A stretch of DNA of 55,751 nucleotides from an uncultured Pseudomonadales bacterium (GCA_964570365.1 CAZMXT010000002.1:1-55751), one strand, 5' to 3'. Positions 29,634 through 40,146 are shown, counted from the first letter of the stretch. Translations and numbers: made by a program. Notes: a model not told the origin generated them from the letters alone.

Positions 29634-30656
29634 TTACAGCTTGCGCATTTTTCTGCGAACTGTCTCAAAAAGCCGAGTTGCTCCATAACTCCAGTGCATT
29701 GACAGGTCTTGTGCTGGTAGGTATGGTACTTCTTCGCCGCCAAAGCCACGCTTGAATAAAGAAACTCCAGCAAAGCGATGTTCGGGCTGATCTTCTGGAG
29801 CAATTCCCCAAAAATTATAGCGTCTGCCCCCATTAGCTTTGGCCCACTTGATTGCTGCCCACTGGCATGCGTAGGAACCTGGCAGCCGGTCATTGGCTGG
29901 CGTGGAAATACCATAGTGGTAAACAGCTTCACCCTGATAAAAAAGAATGAACGCCGAAGCGAGGAGCTGTTCATCTTTATACGAGTGGAACAAAATGACT
30001 TGGTTGTCTGCTACAAAGGTCTCGAACTGCTTACTGAGGAATTCATAGCTAAAAGGCACAAAGTTATGTTTCTTGGCTAACGCAACTTGATGTTCATAAA
30101 AAAGTTTTATATCTTCAGGATTTCTGGACTCTCGAACAAGAATACCCTCTTTTTCACTACTGCGAACTTCATAGCGAGTATTCTTGCGCATCCCAGCCAA
30201 CAGCTCTTCTTCTGTCTTGGTCAGATCCAGCTGCAACGTTAAGTCAGCTGTCAGGTGCATGGGTGATTCTTGAAAACCTAGCGTAGCCACTGTTTGACGC
30301 AGGACTGGTTGATCCAGTTCCTGAGGTCGAATTCTGACAAAAACACAGCCGAGCTGGCGAGCACGTTCATTCAAAGCCTCAAAAAAGAACTTGACTTGAG
30401 CAGGATCCTGCCAGTTGAGTAATGGGCCACCAGCAATGCTCAGATACGTACCTCGTTTCGCTGTTTCCTTGATGCAGATTGCGCCTCCAACCAACTGACC
30501 GGCTTGTTTTAAACCTATTCTCAGAACTTGCTTACCGAGTTGTTGGTGAAAAACACCCCAGTTCCAAGATTGCAGAAAGTTGGCTTCAGGCCGAGTCAAA
30601 ATAAAGTCTTCCCAAACTTGTTTTTGATCAATTTCTTCCAAGGTAATGTCTGCCAT
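29634..30656 (-). CDS. FemABX family peptidoglycan bridge aminoacyltransferase
   Basis: FLQSWNWG, GGPL, RKNTRYEVR, YNFWGI, FKRGFGG. Confidence 0.92.
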   Translation of the reverse strand: MADITLEEIDQKQVWEDFILTRPEANFLQSWNWGVFHQQLGKQVLRIGLKQAGQLVGGAICIKETAKRGTYLSIAGGPLLNWQDPAQVKFFFEALNERARQLGCVFVRIRPQELDQPVLRQTVATLGFQESPMHLTADLTLQLDLTKTEEELLAGMRKNTRYEVRSSEKEGILVRESRNPEDIKLFYEHQVALAKKHNFVPFSYEFLSKQFETFVADNQVILFHSYKDEQLLASAFILFYQGEAVYHYGISTPANDRLPGSYACQWAAIKWAKANGGRRYNFWGIAPEDQPEHRFAGVSLFKRGFGGEEVPYLPAQDLSMHWSYGATRLFETVRRKMRKL

Positions 30657-30662
30657 AGCTTT

Positions 30663-31910
30663 CTAATTGTACGGTATCTCTGGGGTAACAGCGAGCAACG
30701 CTTCTGCGAGTTGCTCAGCAGCTTGAGGAGTAACATACCGATGAGTGGGCAAGTTAAAGACATGCTCGGCCGCTGCTTCCGCAGTTGGGCAACTGCCAGC
30801 TTTATATTGGGTTGGTCTAGGCTGAGCACCACCATCGACTGGCTGTCGGTACCAACGGTCACTCAGGAAAAAATTGTGTGACTGCAGTTGAGTAGCAAGC
30901 GTAGAAGGATCTTGTACTAAGACCGGAACCCTCAAGTGGAGATCCGTAGTCGAGCTAGTAGCACTGGCCAAGAGCCTAACCTTGGAGTTACCCTCAAGCT
31001 TCTTTAGGTAGACTGCTGCAATCTGACGACGATGACGAAGTTGAAAACTCAAGTTTTTGAGTTGCTCCAAGGCCAAAGTGGCATACGCAGCTGCCATTGG
31101 GGTTACAACGTTGGTGGGACTCTCAATTGGTGAAGTCAGTAAGTGGGCACGCTTTGCTAGCTGAAAAAGCACCTTTCCCAGCCCCCAGGAATGAGTTGTG
31201 CGGATCCACCAAGTCAGGAATGGGTAGCACATGTCACAGCAGACAATCAATCCAGAAACAGATTGACTAGACAGTACTGGCTCTCTGGCCTCTTTACCCA
31301 GCTTGTGCCAAAAAGAAGGTTTAAAGATGACCGCGCCACCAGAAACTGCATCGATCACTTTATCCCGACCAAATGAGCAGATAATGACGTCCCCGTAACT
31401 CCCAAGCTCTTTTCCTTCACTGTCCTGACCTCCAAAGCTCTGTGCCAAGTCCTCAATCAGTAGTAGATTCTGAGCATCGCAAAACTCACGTATCTTTCTG
31501 ACCGGGTTGGCATATCCTAGGCTATGCTGGATGAGGACAGCTTTTACTTGAGGTTGATTTTCAAAGACAACTTTCAAGGTCTCTAGAGAAGGTGAAAGCG
31601 AGTCCCTGGCCAGATCCATGTAGACGGCACGCGCACCCGCTCGCTTGATACCTTCTTCAATTGCTGAGCAGGCAAAAGCTTGCGTCATCACTTCTCGATC
31701 TTTTAGCCCAGCTGTTTGGAGTGCCAGCTCAATTGCATCTCTTCCCTTAAAAACCAGATATGCTCTGCCACCAAATCTTTCTTCCAGAGTGGTCCGTAAC
31801 ATCTGCAAAGCTGCTGGGTTAGCAGCCACGAGCTGCTTGAGGGCTAAAAGCGCAAAGTGAAGTGAGTAGTTGGAACCCAGACTGTTAAAGATTCTGTTCA
31901 TAGAGGACAT
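30663..31910 (-). CDS. DegT/DnrJ/EryC1 family PLP aminotransferase
   Basis: IEDLAQSFG, SFGRDK (PLP lysine), SGGA, FNLPTH; start may be 31901. Confidence 0.88.
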   Translation of the reverse strand: MSSMNRIFNSLGSNYSLHFALLALKQLVAANPAALQMLRTTLEERFGGRAYLVFKGRDAIELALQTAGLKDREVMTQAFACSAIEEGIKRAGARAVYMDLARDSLSPSLETLKVVFENQPQVKAVLIQHSLGYANPVRKIREFCDAQNLLLIEDLAQSFGGQDSEGKELGSYGDVIICSFGRDKVIDAVSGGAVIFKPSFWHKLGKEAREPVLSSQSVSGLIVCCDMCYPFLTWWIRTTHSWGLGKVLFQLAKRAHLLTSPIESPTNVVTPMAAAYATLALEQLKNLSFQLRHRRQIAAVYLKKLEGNSKVRLLASATSSTTDLHLRVPVLVQDPSTLATQLQSHNFFLSDRWYRQPVDGGAQPRPTQYKAGSCPTAEAAAEHVFNLPTHRYVTPQAAEQLAEALLAVTPEIPYN

Positions 31911-33348
31911 TTTCTAGGGCTTTGGGAATCCTGCCTTCAATTAAAATCAAGGTTTGTGAGTCAAACTTGGGCCTAAATTGGGTTTGAAACTGCTCCTCGT
32001 TGAGAAGCCGGTCATCAAAAACAGCACTAAACTCTACTCGCCCTTCCTCACCTAGATATAGAACAGCGTCAAAGCATTCCTGAGCTAGCTGAGCCAGCTC
32101 TTGATGCACCGCTGAAGTTTCTGTGCCAAGATCAACTATGCCACTACAGACGAGAATCTTTTTTTGCTGCGACAAAGCTCTGGCTAACTCAATAGCAGCC
32201 ATAAAACCTTTCGGGTTACTAGTTCCTCCATCATCAATTAGCAATGCACCTGACGATAACACCTGACTACAAACAAATGAGCTGGAAGGAACAAATGATG
32301 TTAACCCTGTCACCAGTTGTTCTTTACTCAAACCGAGATGCTGTCCAACCGTCAGTACCGCTAAAATATTAGGCAAATAATGTGCACCTATCAGCTGGGT
32401 TTGAACGACTTCACCCTCCCAAGTAAAGCTGAGTTGGCCTTGTGCATTTATCTTTGGCTGGCTAGCTAAAACTTCTGCAGTAGGCCCAGTATAAGAAATC
32501 ACTTTGACCTGATTTTTCTGTTGACCCAGCGCACAAATTTTAGCGGCGCCTTCATCTGCAGTATTGCAGAAAGCAATCCCGTCGCTTGGCAACGCTGCTA
32601 TTAACTCAGACTCAGCGTGCAGGCTATTTTCTGCTGATCCAAATAGCCCTAAGTGTTGCAAGGTGAAGCCAGTTTCTACTGCCATTTGCGGCGGAAACCA
32701 CTTGGTCATCACTGAGATTTCGCCTTGTTTATACGCACCGTACTCTAAGATGGCAATTTCTTGTCCTGCGTAGGATTCACAAATACTTTTGGCGACTGAG
32801 TACTTGGTATTATGAGATTTTGGCGTCACAAAAACACTAAACTTTTGGGCCAGTACTTGACTCAATAAGTGCTTAGTCGAGGTTTTACCGTAACTGCCAC
32901 CAATACCAATCACCTGAGGATGCCCAGCAATCAGTTTTTGGCGAGCCCGCTGCAGTGTCACTTCAGTGAGCAAAAAAGCCAGGATAACCGACGGCATACA
33001 GGAGATGAGCAGGGCCACCGGCAGCAAAACGTACGCCAGAATGGCAAACAAAAACAATAAACCTAGCTGATACCCTATCGCAAACCAGACTGCCATCAGT
33101 GCGAAGCTGATCAGCCCCACCACTGCCACTCGCATGGTCCTCACCGGCCTTTTTAAGCCAGTCCGGGTAAAATCATGTGCCCTGGGGAAAAGTGTAAAGA
33201 AATTTTCCTGCCCTTCAGCTGAGTAAAAAAAACTCAGCAAGCGGTCAACCCGATACTCTTTTTGTTGCACAATCGCTAGCCACCTAAACCAACGTTGTAA
33301 AAAAAGTGGCAGTAATCCAGCCAGTAAAAGAAGTTCAATAAGTAACAT
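31885..33348 (-). CDS. murF: MurF-like Mur ligase with N-terminal membrane domain
   Basis: GIGGSYGKTSTK, EYGAYKQGEI, QHLGLFGS, IDDGGTSNP; QQKEY N-terminal TM region. Confidence 0.75.
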   Translation of the reverse strand: MLLIELLLLAGLLPLFLQRWFRWLAIVQQKEYRVDRLLSFFYSAEGQENFFTLFPRAHDFTRTGLKRPVRTMRVAVVGLISFALMAVWFAIGYQLGLLFLFAILAYVLLPVALLISCMPSVILAFLLTEVTLQRARQKLIAGHPQVIGIGGSYGKTSTKHLLSQVLAQKFSVFVTPKSHNTKYSVAKSICESYAGQEIAILEYGAYKQGEISVMTKWFPPQMAVETGFTLQHLGLFGSAENSLHAESELIAALPSDGIAFCNTADEGAAKICALGQQKNQVKVISYTGPTAEVLASQPKINAQGQLSFTWEGEVVQTQLIGAHYLPNILAVLTVGQHLGLSKEQLVTGLTSFVPSSSFVCSQVLSSGALLIDDGGTSNPKGFMAAIELARALSQQKKILVCSGIVDLGTETSAVHQELAQLAQECFDAVLYLGEEGRVEFSAVFDDRLLNEEQFQTQFRPKFDSQTLILIEGRIPKALENVLYEQNL

Positions 33349-34064
33349 TACTTTCCAGTTCTGATTGTTATTGTAGGGCCAAGAAACTGCTTTACTAAAC
33401 GGGCAACTTCTTGGGTATGAGTAAATTGCGGTGAGTGCTTGGCTCCAGGCAAAACGTGAAGTTGGCTGTTCTTGATCCTTTGGTGAAAAATCTCTGCATG
33501 ACTTAACGGAGTAGCGGTATCATGAGCACCCCAGATTATTAACGTCGGACACGCTACCATAGGCAAATCCGCGATAATCTCTTCCTCAAGCACATTTCTG
33601 AGCGTCGGCCGCAGCGCCGGAGAAGCAGTCAAATAATCTTTTTCTCGAGCAACTTTATAGAGAAGCTTCCGGAAGATATCAGCGCGAAAAATTGGTTTAC
33701 CCAACTTGGCCGCTCCTCCAAAAACCAACCGCTTTAAACGAGCTTTGAGTGTGCGCGAGCGAACACCCGCAGGATCAATCAAAACTAGTTGAGCCACTTT
33801 CTCAGGATGAAGGGCAACAAAACGGACAGCGACCTGCCCACCAAATGAGTGACCTATTAAAATTATATGTTCCAAATCTGCAACCTCTTGTTCAACCCAA
33901 CTCACAAAATCACCTAAGTGCCAGACTTCTTCTAGTGAGCTGGAGAGTCCTGGTATTTTGAGAAAACGATACTCAGTTCCTGCTTCCCTTAGCAAATCCG
34001 TGAAAGGCTGCCACTTTTGCTCGCTTGTTGAATCAACTGCCCAGCCATGAAGAATCACTACCAT
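33348..34064 (-). CDS. Alpha/beta hydrolase
   Basis: LHGW, GHSFGG, WGAHD, AKHSP. Confidence 0.9.
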   Translation of the reverse strand: MVVILHGWAVDSTSEQKWQPFTDLLREAGTEYRFLKIPGLSSSLEEVWHLGDFVSWVEQEVADLEHIILIGHSFGGQVAVRFVALHPEKVAQLVLIDPAGVRSRTLKARLKRLVFGGAAKLGKPIFRADIFRKLLYKVAREKDYLTASPALRPTLRNVLEEEIIADLPMVACPTLIIWGAHDTATPLSHAEIFHQRIKNSQLHVLPGAKHSPQFTHTQEVARLVKQFLGPTITIRTGK

Positions 34065-34076
34065 ACTATATCCTCG

Positions 34077-34913
34077 TTAAATTAACTCTGTTTCAAATAA
34101 AGCCATTCCCCCAAAAAGTGCGCTATTCTCACCTAAGCTGGCCAGCTCCAGGTTTGCTAAAGGCAGAATACTCTGCCTATTGGATAAAATGGCTTTCACC
34201 TTTTCAAGGAGGAAGGGTCGTCTCAAGATCACTCCACCTCCAAAAAGAATGTGTTGGGTGGGGTGAAACGCCACAGTATTGAGCACTGTTTGCGCCGCGC
34301 GTTGGGCAATCTCGTCCCAAGTCGGATCTTCTTCAGGAATGTCGCCTAAATGTCTTTGTAGGTAGGTGTTTAGGCTTTTCCCTCCCAAGTACGCTTCTGC
34401 ACAGCCGTGCTGGCCGCATGCACAAGCTCGACCTTGCCAATCTAGAATATGATGACCAACTTCAAAAGAAGTTAAGTGAATACTCTTTCCCAAGCGCTCA
34501 CAAACTGCGCCTCCAACTCCTGTCCCCCAAATGAAGTACACAAAGTGATCCCAGTTCTGGCCCACCCCATAAACTCCTTCACCTAAGGCGGCCGTCGCTA
34601 CATCATGCTTGACCCGTACGGGGATCTGTAACGCCTGCTCTAATAATGCCAAGAAGGGTCTGCCTTGCCAGTCTGGCAAGTTGGTCATTACTGTAGTCTT
34701 GCCCTCGTCGTCCTGACGACCAGGTAAACAAATACCTACCCCTTTAATCTCATCTTGCTCTGAAATACTATGAATATCTGCCACCAACTGAGCAAAACCT
34801 GGCTCAAAATCCTGACTGACTTTATACGCCTGAGATCGTACAATCTGTTTTGTGGCTGGGTTCAAAACCGCAATCCGTGTATTTGTGCCACCAATATCAA
34901 TTCCTATATACAT
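34077..34913 (-). CDS. ROK family sugar kinase
   Basis: GIDIGGT, GTGVGG, EVGH, CACGQHGCAE. Confidence 0.92.
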   Translation of the reverse strand: MYIGIDIGGTNTRIAVLNPATKQIVRSQAYKVSQDFEPGFAQLVADIHSISEQDEIKGVGICLPGRQDDEGKTTVMTNLPDWQGRPFLALLEQALQIPVRVKHDVATAALGEGVYGVGQNWDHFVYFIWGTGVGGAVCERLGKSIHLTSFEVGHHILDWQGRACACGQHGCAEAYLGGKSLNTYLQRHLGDIPEEDPTWDEIAQRAAQTVLNTVAFHPTQHILFGGGVILRRPFLLEKVKAILSNRQSILPLANLELASLGENSALFGGMALFETELI

Positions 34914-34934
34914 ATGCGCTATACTATACTGGAT

Positions 34935-35633
34935 ATGCGACTCAGATACAGCCTCTTAACTTTAATTGCCTCAAGTAGTATTCTGCTTTCGGGTTGCGCC
35001 CCCCAATTGCCTGTTGCCGACGAGCCGTTAGTTCCACTCAGCGAATCTGGCATGACGAATGATAATTTCTATAATCAAGATGACGTACAGCTTTTAAGTT
35101 CTTCGTCAGCACAACCAGCAGCTCAACCAGTTGCTAAGGAAGGAAATCAAATGAAAACCCTCGCCGAGTTTGAACCAATCAAGGCAACTGAAGCCACCAT
35201 TACTACTGCTAAAGGTGAGATTACTTTTACGCTCTATGGCGATAAAGCTCCGTTGACTGTCACCAACTTTCTGAACTTAGCGAAATCAGGTTTCTATGAT
35301 GGGATAAAGTTTCACCGGATTATTCCTGACTTCATGGCTCAAGTGGGCGACCCCAAGAGCAAAGATGACGCCCAAAAAGCCGCGTGGGGGTCTGGTGGAC
35401 CAGGCTATATGATTGCTGATGAGTTCAGTCCAGACCTAAAGCATGATAGTGAAGGCACTGTCTCGATGGCCAATGCCGGACCAAACTCAGGTGGCAGTCA
35501 ATTCTTCATCACCTACGAAGCCACTTCTTGGTTAGATGGCAAGCATGCTGTGTTTGGCAAAGTCACAGCTGGCATGGATGTCTTGAAACAGCTCGAGATT
35601 GGCGACCAGATTGTCAAGATCAGCTATAAGTAA
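34935..35633 (+). CDS. Cyclophilin-type peptidyl-prolyl isomerase, lipoprotein
   Basis: LSGC lipobox; FHRIIPDFMAQVGDP, SMANAGPNSGGSQFFI, LDGKHAVFG. Confidence 0.93.
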   Translation: MRLRYSLLTLIASSSILLSGCAPQLPVADEPLVPLSESGMTNDNFYNQDDVQLLSSSSAQPAAQPVAKEGNQMKTLAEFEPIKATEATITTAKGEITFTLYGDKAPLTVTNFLNLAKSGFYDGIKFHRIIPDFMAQVGDPKSKDDAQKAAWGSGGPGYMIADEFSPDLKHDSEGTVSMANAGPNSGGSQFFITYEATSWLDGKHAVFGKVTAGMDVLKQLEIGDQIVKISYK

Positions 35634-35652
35634 TCTCTTGTACAATAAGCTG

Positions 35653-37284
35653 GTGAAAGCTCGATATATCTTGATCGTTGGTGCAATAACGCTACTGCTT
35701 TTTGTAGCAGCAAGTTTGTTATTCGCGATTGTGAACACTCGTCAAGCGCTCAGCCATCTCCAAGATTTCGAGTTTCACTCTGCCAATCTAGCTGCAAAGC
35801 GAGCCGAAGTGGTAGTCCAACCTCTGGCAACGCTTACTCTCCATAAGTCATCGCTGATGAACGGCTGGGAATCCAGTCTCCAGAGTATTACCGTAATCAA
35901 CTCCTTAGCGGAAACTGCTCAAAAGTACTTACCAGCAGCACTTCAAGCCAGTCCGGAATCGAAGCAACTGGCCATCCTCCTCCATCAAGATGTAGTTGAG
36001 CTGGTCAGCGAATTAAGCACTGCTGCCAAAACTGTTGAGAGTCATGGCTGGTTAAAAAAGCTCGTTATTAATCAGCTTTCACCAAATCTTCAGCAGCTGA
36101 TTAAAGACCCTGAAGTTCTCCAAAAAACTCTCGCAGACGCCCAATTTCTGACCCAAAAGATTCTTACAGGCCAACATCGTTACGTAATTGTGTTACAGAA
36201 TTCTGAGGAGCTGCGTGCCACGGGTGGCTTTATGGGTTCATACGCTGTGCTTGAACTCAGTGATGGGCAAGTCATGACATTTAAAGTCCAAGATATTTAT
36301 GAACCAGATGGCCAATTTTCCGGCTTGGTAGAAGCGCCACCAGGATTAAAAGAGTACCTCAGTGGTGGCAAAGGGATGCGCCTGCCGGACTCTAACTGGC
36401 ATCCCGACTTTCCGAGTGCAGCCCAAGAAATTCTGCAGTTCTTTGCTCTAGGCAAGCAAAGCGGGAATGATGGCTTAGTAGCCATCAACCTCCAAGTCAT
36501 CGAGCAAATCCTAGAAGTCATCGGACCCGTTCAGCTTCCCGAAAATAAGCAATTTGTAAATGCGCAGAACCTCTCTTCGATTGCTCGATCTGATCGGAGC
36601 ACGTTTTTCCCTGGCTCTCAACAAAAGAAAAACTTTCTGCAATCACTTTTAAATCAGCTTGAGATTGTGGCTAGCAACTTGCCAATCGAGAAACAACAAC
36701 AAATAGTCCGAGTTTTAGCGCGCCAGTTTACTGCCAAGAATATTCAGGTTTTTAGTCATGATCTGCAGATTCAACAAGTACTCCACCAATATCACTTCGA
36801 TGGTCAAATTACTGCTGAGGATGCCCAGGCGTACTTTTTCTTAGTCGAGTCAAATGTCGGCATCAATAAAGCTAATAAAGATATTCAGCGCCAAGTCCAG
36901 ATTGAAGTGGAAGAGTACCGAACGCGAATAACAATTACTTTTATGAACCACAGTGATTCATTGGCGTACATTAACTATCAACGACTGATTACTCTGCCAG
37001 ATACAAAAGTTCACCAACTCGTCGTCGCGGGAACTCTACAAACTCAATGGGATGAGCAGATCCTTAATACCGCGGATGGCAGAGCGTTTAACCAACTAGG
37101 CTTTTTGGTCATCAGCCCTCCTTTAGAACAGACTACCGTTGTGATGGAGGTCAGTCACCCTTCCCGACCTGACTCAAGTCTCAAAGTGCAACGGCAAGCA
37201 GGATTACCTTCTACCCCGTATACTATTAAGCATCAAGGAAAAACCACCACCTTTTTACTTGAGGAAGATCACCTCATTGAGTAA
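35653..37284 (+). CDS. DUF4012-containing membrane-anchored protein
   Basis: [34 protein letters not shown]; GTG start 6 nt after TACAAT. Confidence 0.82.
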   Translation: MKARYILIVGAITLLLFVAASLLFAIVNTRQALSHLQDFEFHSANLAAKRAEVVVQPLATLTLHKSSLMNGWESSLQSITVINSLAETAQKYLPAALQASPESKQLAILLHQDVVELVSELSTAAKTVESHGWLKKLVINQLSPNLQQLIKDPEVLQKTLADAQFLTQKILTGQHRYVIVLQNSEELRATGGFMGSYAVLELSDGQVMTFKVQDIYEPDGQFSGLVEAPPGLKEYLSGGKGMRLPDSNWHPDFPSAAQEILQFFALGKQSGNDGLVAINLQVIEQILEVIGPVQLPENKQFVNAQNLSSIARSDRSTFFPGSQQKKNFLQSLLNQLEIVASNLPIEKQQQIVRVLARQFTAKNIQVFSHDLQIQQVLHQYHFDGQITAEDAQAYFFLVESNVGINKANKDIQRQVQIEVEEYRTRITITFMNHSDSLAYINYQRLITLPDTKVHQLVVAGTLQTQWDEQILNTADGRAFNQLGFLVISPPLEQTTVVMEVSHPSRPDSSLKVQRQAGLPSTPYTIKHQGKTTTFLLEEDHLIE

Positions 37285-38378
37285 TGAATCAACAACTCCG
37301 CGAAAACGCCACTACTCAACTCGAAAAAGCCACACAGATGCTGGCAGCTTTGCAGTTGTCAGAATTACTACAGCGCAAAGAAGCACTGGAGCAACAAACC
37401 TTCTCCGCTGATTTCTGGAGCTCTCCCGAGGCCAAACGCGTCATGCGGGAGGTTTCTTCACTCAAAACCCAGATTGACCAAATTGAGGAAGTCGAGAGTA
37501 AGAAGGCAGATTTAGAAGCCTACTTTGAGCTGCTCAATGAACAAGACCCTGATCCAGAAACCGAGCAAGAGCTGGCGAAGACGATAGGGGAGTTCACTCG
37601 AGCTATTCAAGCTGCGGAGCTAACCCAGTTTCTGAGTGGTAAGTACGATAGCTATGCGGCAATTCTGTCAGTCCACGCAGGCCAAGGAGGCACGGAGGCG
37701 ATGGACTGGGCCAGTATGCTCCAGCGGATGTACATTCGCTACGGCGAACGGAAGAACTGGAAGTTCACCTTGATAGAAGAGTCTCGAGGCGAAGACGCTG
37801 GCATCAAGTCAGCGGTCTATGAAGTTCGAGCTCCATATGCCTACGGCTACCTGAAGGGAGAGCGCGGTACCCATCGGTTAGTGCGCCAAAGTCCATTTAA
37901 CGCTGATAACTTGCGTCAGACCTCTTTTGCCTTAGTGGAAGTACTCCCATTGATCGAGAGTGATGACACCGAAATCGTCGTCAAAGATGAAGAGCTGGAA
38001 TGGCACTTTTCTCGAGCTGGCGGAGCTGGTGGTCAAAACGTCAATAAAGTGAACACAGCCGTCGAGTTAACCCATACTCCCACTGGCCTAGTCATCAAGT
38101 GCCGAGAAGAACGCTCGCAAGGTCAGAATAAGGATCGAGCACTTTCCCTACTCAAAGCGCGTTTAGCACAACTCGAAGAAGAACGTCTGGAACAAGAAAT
38201 TGCCAACATTAAAGGCCAACATGTCCAAGCTAGCTGGGGAAACCAGATTCGCAACTATGTCCTTCACCCATATCACTTGGTCAAAGATACCCGTACTGAG
38301 GTGGAAACTTCAGACACTTCTGGCGTACTAGATGGGGATATTGAGCCGTTTATTCAGGCGAAGTTGAAAGTCCGCTAG
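37284..38378 (+). CDS. prfB: Peptide chain release factor 2
   Basis: SPF anticodon-mimic motif, [18 protein letters not shown]; single uninterrupted frame. Confidence 0.97.
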   Translation: MNQQLRENATTQLEKATQMLAALQLSELLQRKEALEQQTFSADFWSSPEAKRVMREVSSLKTQIDQIEEVESKKADLEAYFELLNEQDPDPETEQELAKTIGEFTRAIQAAELTQFLSGKYDSYAAILSVHAGQGGTEAMDWASMLQRMYIRYGERKNWKFTLIEESRGEDAGIKSAVYEVRAPYAYGYLKGERGTHRLVRQSPFNADNLRQTSFALVEVLPLIESDDTEIVVKDEELEWHFSRAGGAGGQNVNKVNTAVELTHTPTGLVIKCREERSQGQNKDRALSLLKARLAQLEEERLEQEIANIKGQHVQASWGNQIRNYVLHPYHLVKDTRTEVETSDTSGVLDGDIEPFIQAKLKVR

Positions 38379-38411
38379 CATCCACCTCCGTGGCTGTAGT
38401 ATGATCAAAAT

Positions 38412-39047
38412 ATGTTCAGCGTTGACTCCCAATCCACCCCACCTACTGATGTGCGTCCACCACTTATTCATCAAGTAAATATGGATTCCGACGTAAATCC
38501 TTCAATAGCTAACTTTGCTCCTCATGAGACCACTGAATCTGTGAAAGGAAATATGAAGAAATCCTCTTCTCTGTTTATCCCCTTATGTCTAATGGTGATC
38601 ATTGGCGGAGCTGCTACAGGCATGGGTCTTGGCCAACTGCGAGCGAAAACCAGTAGTGAACCAGGTACCTTCCAGGGAGAAGTCGTTCAAAAAGTGGCTG
38701 GTGAAAATATCACGGCAGGTCAGATTTTTGGTAGCGCCAATGAAACTGAGTTTAAAGATAGCGCTGAAGGCTTTTTAGAGCTGGGGGGACTTGATGGTGA
38801 AGGCTCTCATAAACTACTCCGCGCCGGAGGCATCAGTCAAACCGTCTACCTGACATCTTCTGTCACTGATTTAAGCAAGTTTGAGGGCATGAAAATAAAA
38901 GTCTGGGGCGAAACCTTTAAAGGTCAAAAAGCTGGCTGGCTAATGGACGTGGGACGAGTCCAAGTCATCGACACCGCCGCACAAGCTCCTTTTACTGACA
39001 AAGCAACTCAGGGTAAACAAGCCCCAGCTGCTGGCAATGAAGAGTAG
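38412..39047 (+). CDS. Hypothetical single-TM protein
   Basis: 211 aa; disordered N-terminus, one TM, beta-rich C-terminal domain (VYLTSS...WGETF...GWLMDVG). Confidence 0.75.
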   Translation: MFSVDSQSTPPTDVRPPLIHQVNMDSDVNPSIANFAPHETTESVKGNMKKSSSLFIPLCLMVIIGGAATGMGLGQLRAKTSSEPGTFQGEVVQKVAGENITAGQIFGSANETEFKDSAEGFLELGGLDGEGSHKLLRAGGISQTVYLTSSVTDLSKFEGMKIKVWGETFKGQKAGWLMDVGRVQVIDTAAQAPFTDKATQGKQAPAAGNEE

Positions 39048-39089
39048 TACCGCTAGACCGAGTACCCTCATTTCGAGTAAACTAAACTC

Positions 39090-40145
39090 ATGATTACGTT
39101 TTCTAACGTCACCAAACAATTTGGAGATAATCCACCATCACTGGAAAACATTTCTTTTGAAGTCGACAAAGGCGAGTTTATTTTTTTAACCGGACCGTCA
39201 GGCTCGGGAAAAACCACCTTGCTCAAGCTCTTAATCAAGGAATATACCCCAAATGAAGGTGATGTTTTATTTGAAGGAGAGTCTCTAAACAAATTGAGTG
39301 GCTCCAAAGTTCATCACCATCGTCGTAAAATCGGTGTGGTGTTCCAAGATTACCGGCTTCTGCCGGAGCTAAACGTCTGGGAGAACATTGCCTTGGCACT
39401 CCAGATCATCGGTCGTCCCCAGTCTGAGATCGAAGAGCGTGTCACAGACCTGCTTGAGCTGGTGCAGCTGACTGATAAAGCCTTCTTCTTCCCTGCTGAA
39501 CTGTCAGGCGGGGAGTCGCAGCGCGTCGGGATTGCCCGCGCCCTTTCTACTGCTCCCGGAGTTTTACTTGCTGATGAGCCTACCGGAAACCTCGACCCGC
39601 ATACCACCTTGATGATTGCCAAGTTATTCAGCAAAATTCACGAGCTTGGAACCACCATTCTCTTTGCCACTCACGACCTCTCCATCCTCTCTACCTTTCA
39701 GCATCGTCGAATTCACCTCGAGAAGGGCCAGCTCATCACGGATTCAGGCAAAGACCCAGAATCCAAGAAGTCAGTGAAAACTGAGCCAGCCGCCCAAAAA
39801 TCAGAAAAACCCACCAGCTCTGCAGCTGGTACTAAAGTACACACAGACCCTGAAACTACAAAAGAAGTTGCTCAAGAAGAACCTAGTAAGGAGTCAGAAA
39901 AACCAGCCCACTCGCGGCGTTTGAAGCTGCCTCACTTTTCTTTCAAGTTGCCATTCGGTCGCAAGAAAGCAGCTGCTCCAGAGGTTTCTGAAGCCGAATC
40001 TGGTGAGCCTGACGAACCTGAGACTAAGGCTGCTCAAGGAGCCCAAGAAAAAAAGGAAACTTCTTCAGCAATGGAAAAACCTAAGAAAGCCAAGGACGAC
40101 AATCAGCAGATGACGGAAATGCTTGTCCAAATTGAGGATTTATAA
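39090..40145 (+). CDS. ftsE: Cell division ATP-binding protein FtsE with long C-terminal tail
   Basis: GPSGSGKT, VVFQDYRLL, LSGGESQR, LADEPTGNLD; lies upstream of ftsX. Confidence 0.92.
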   Translation: MITFSNVTKQFGDNPPSLENISFEVDKGEFIFLTGPSGSGKTTLLKLLIKEYTPNEGDVLFEGESLNKLSGSKVHHHRRKIGVVFQDYRLLPELNVWENIALALQIIGRPQSEIEERVTDLLELVQLTDKAFFFPAELSGGESQRVGIARALSTAPGVLLADEPTGNLDPHTTLMIAKLFSKIHELGTTILFATHDLSILSTFQHRRIHLEKGQLITDSGKDPESKKSVKTEPAAQKSEKPTSSAAGTKVHTDPETTKEVAQEEPSKESEKPAHSRRLKLPHFSFKLPFGRKKAAAPEVSEAESGEPDEPETKAAQGAQEKKETSSAMEKPKKAKDDNQQMTEMLVQIEDL

Positions 40146-40146
40146 G

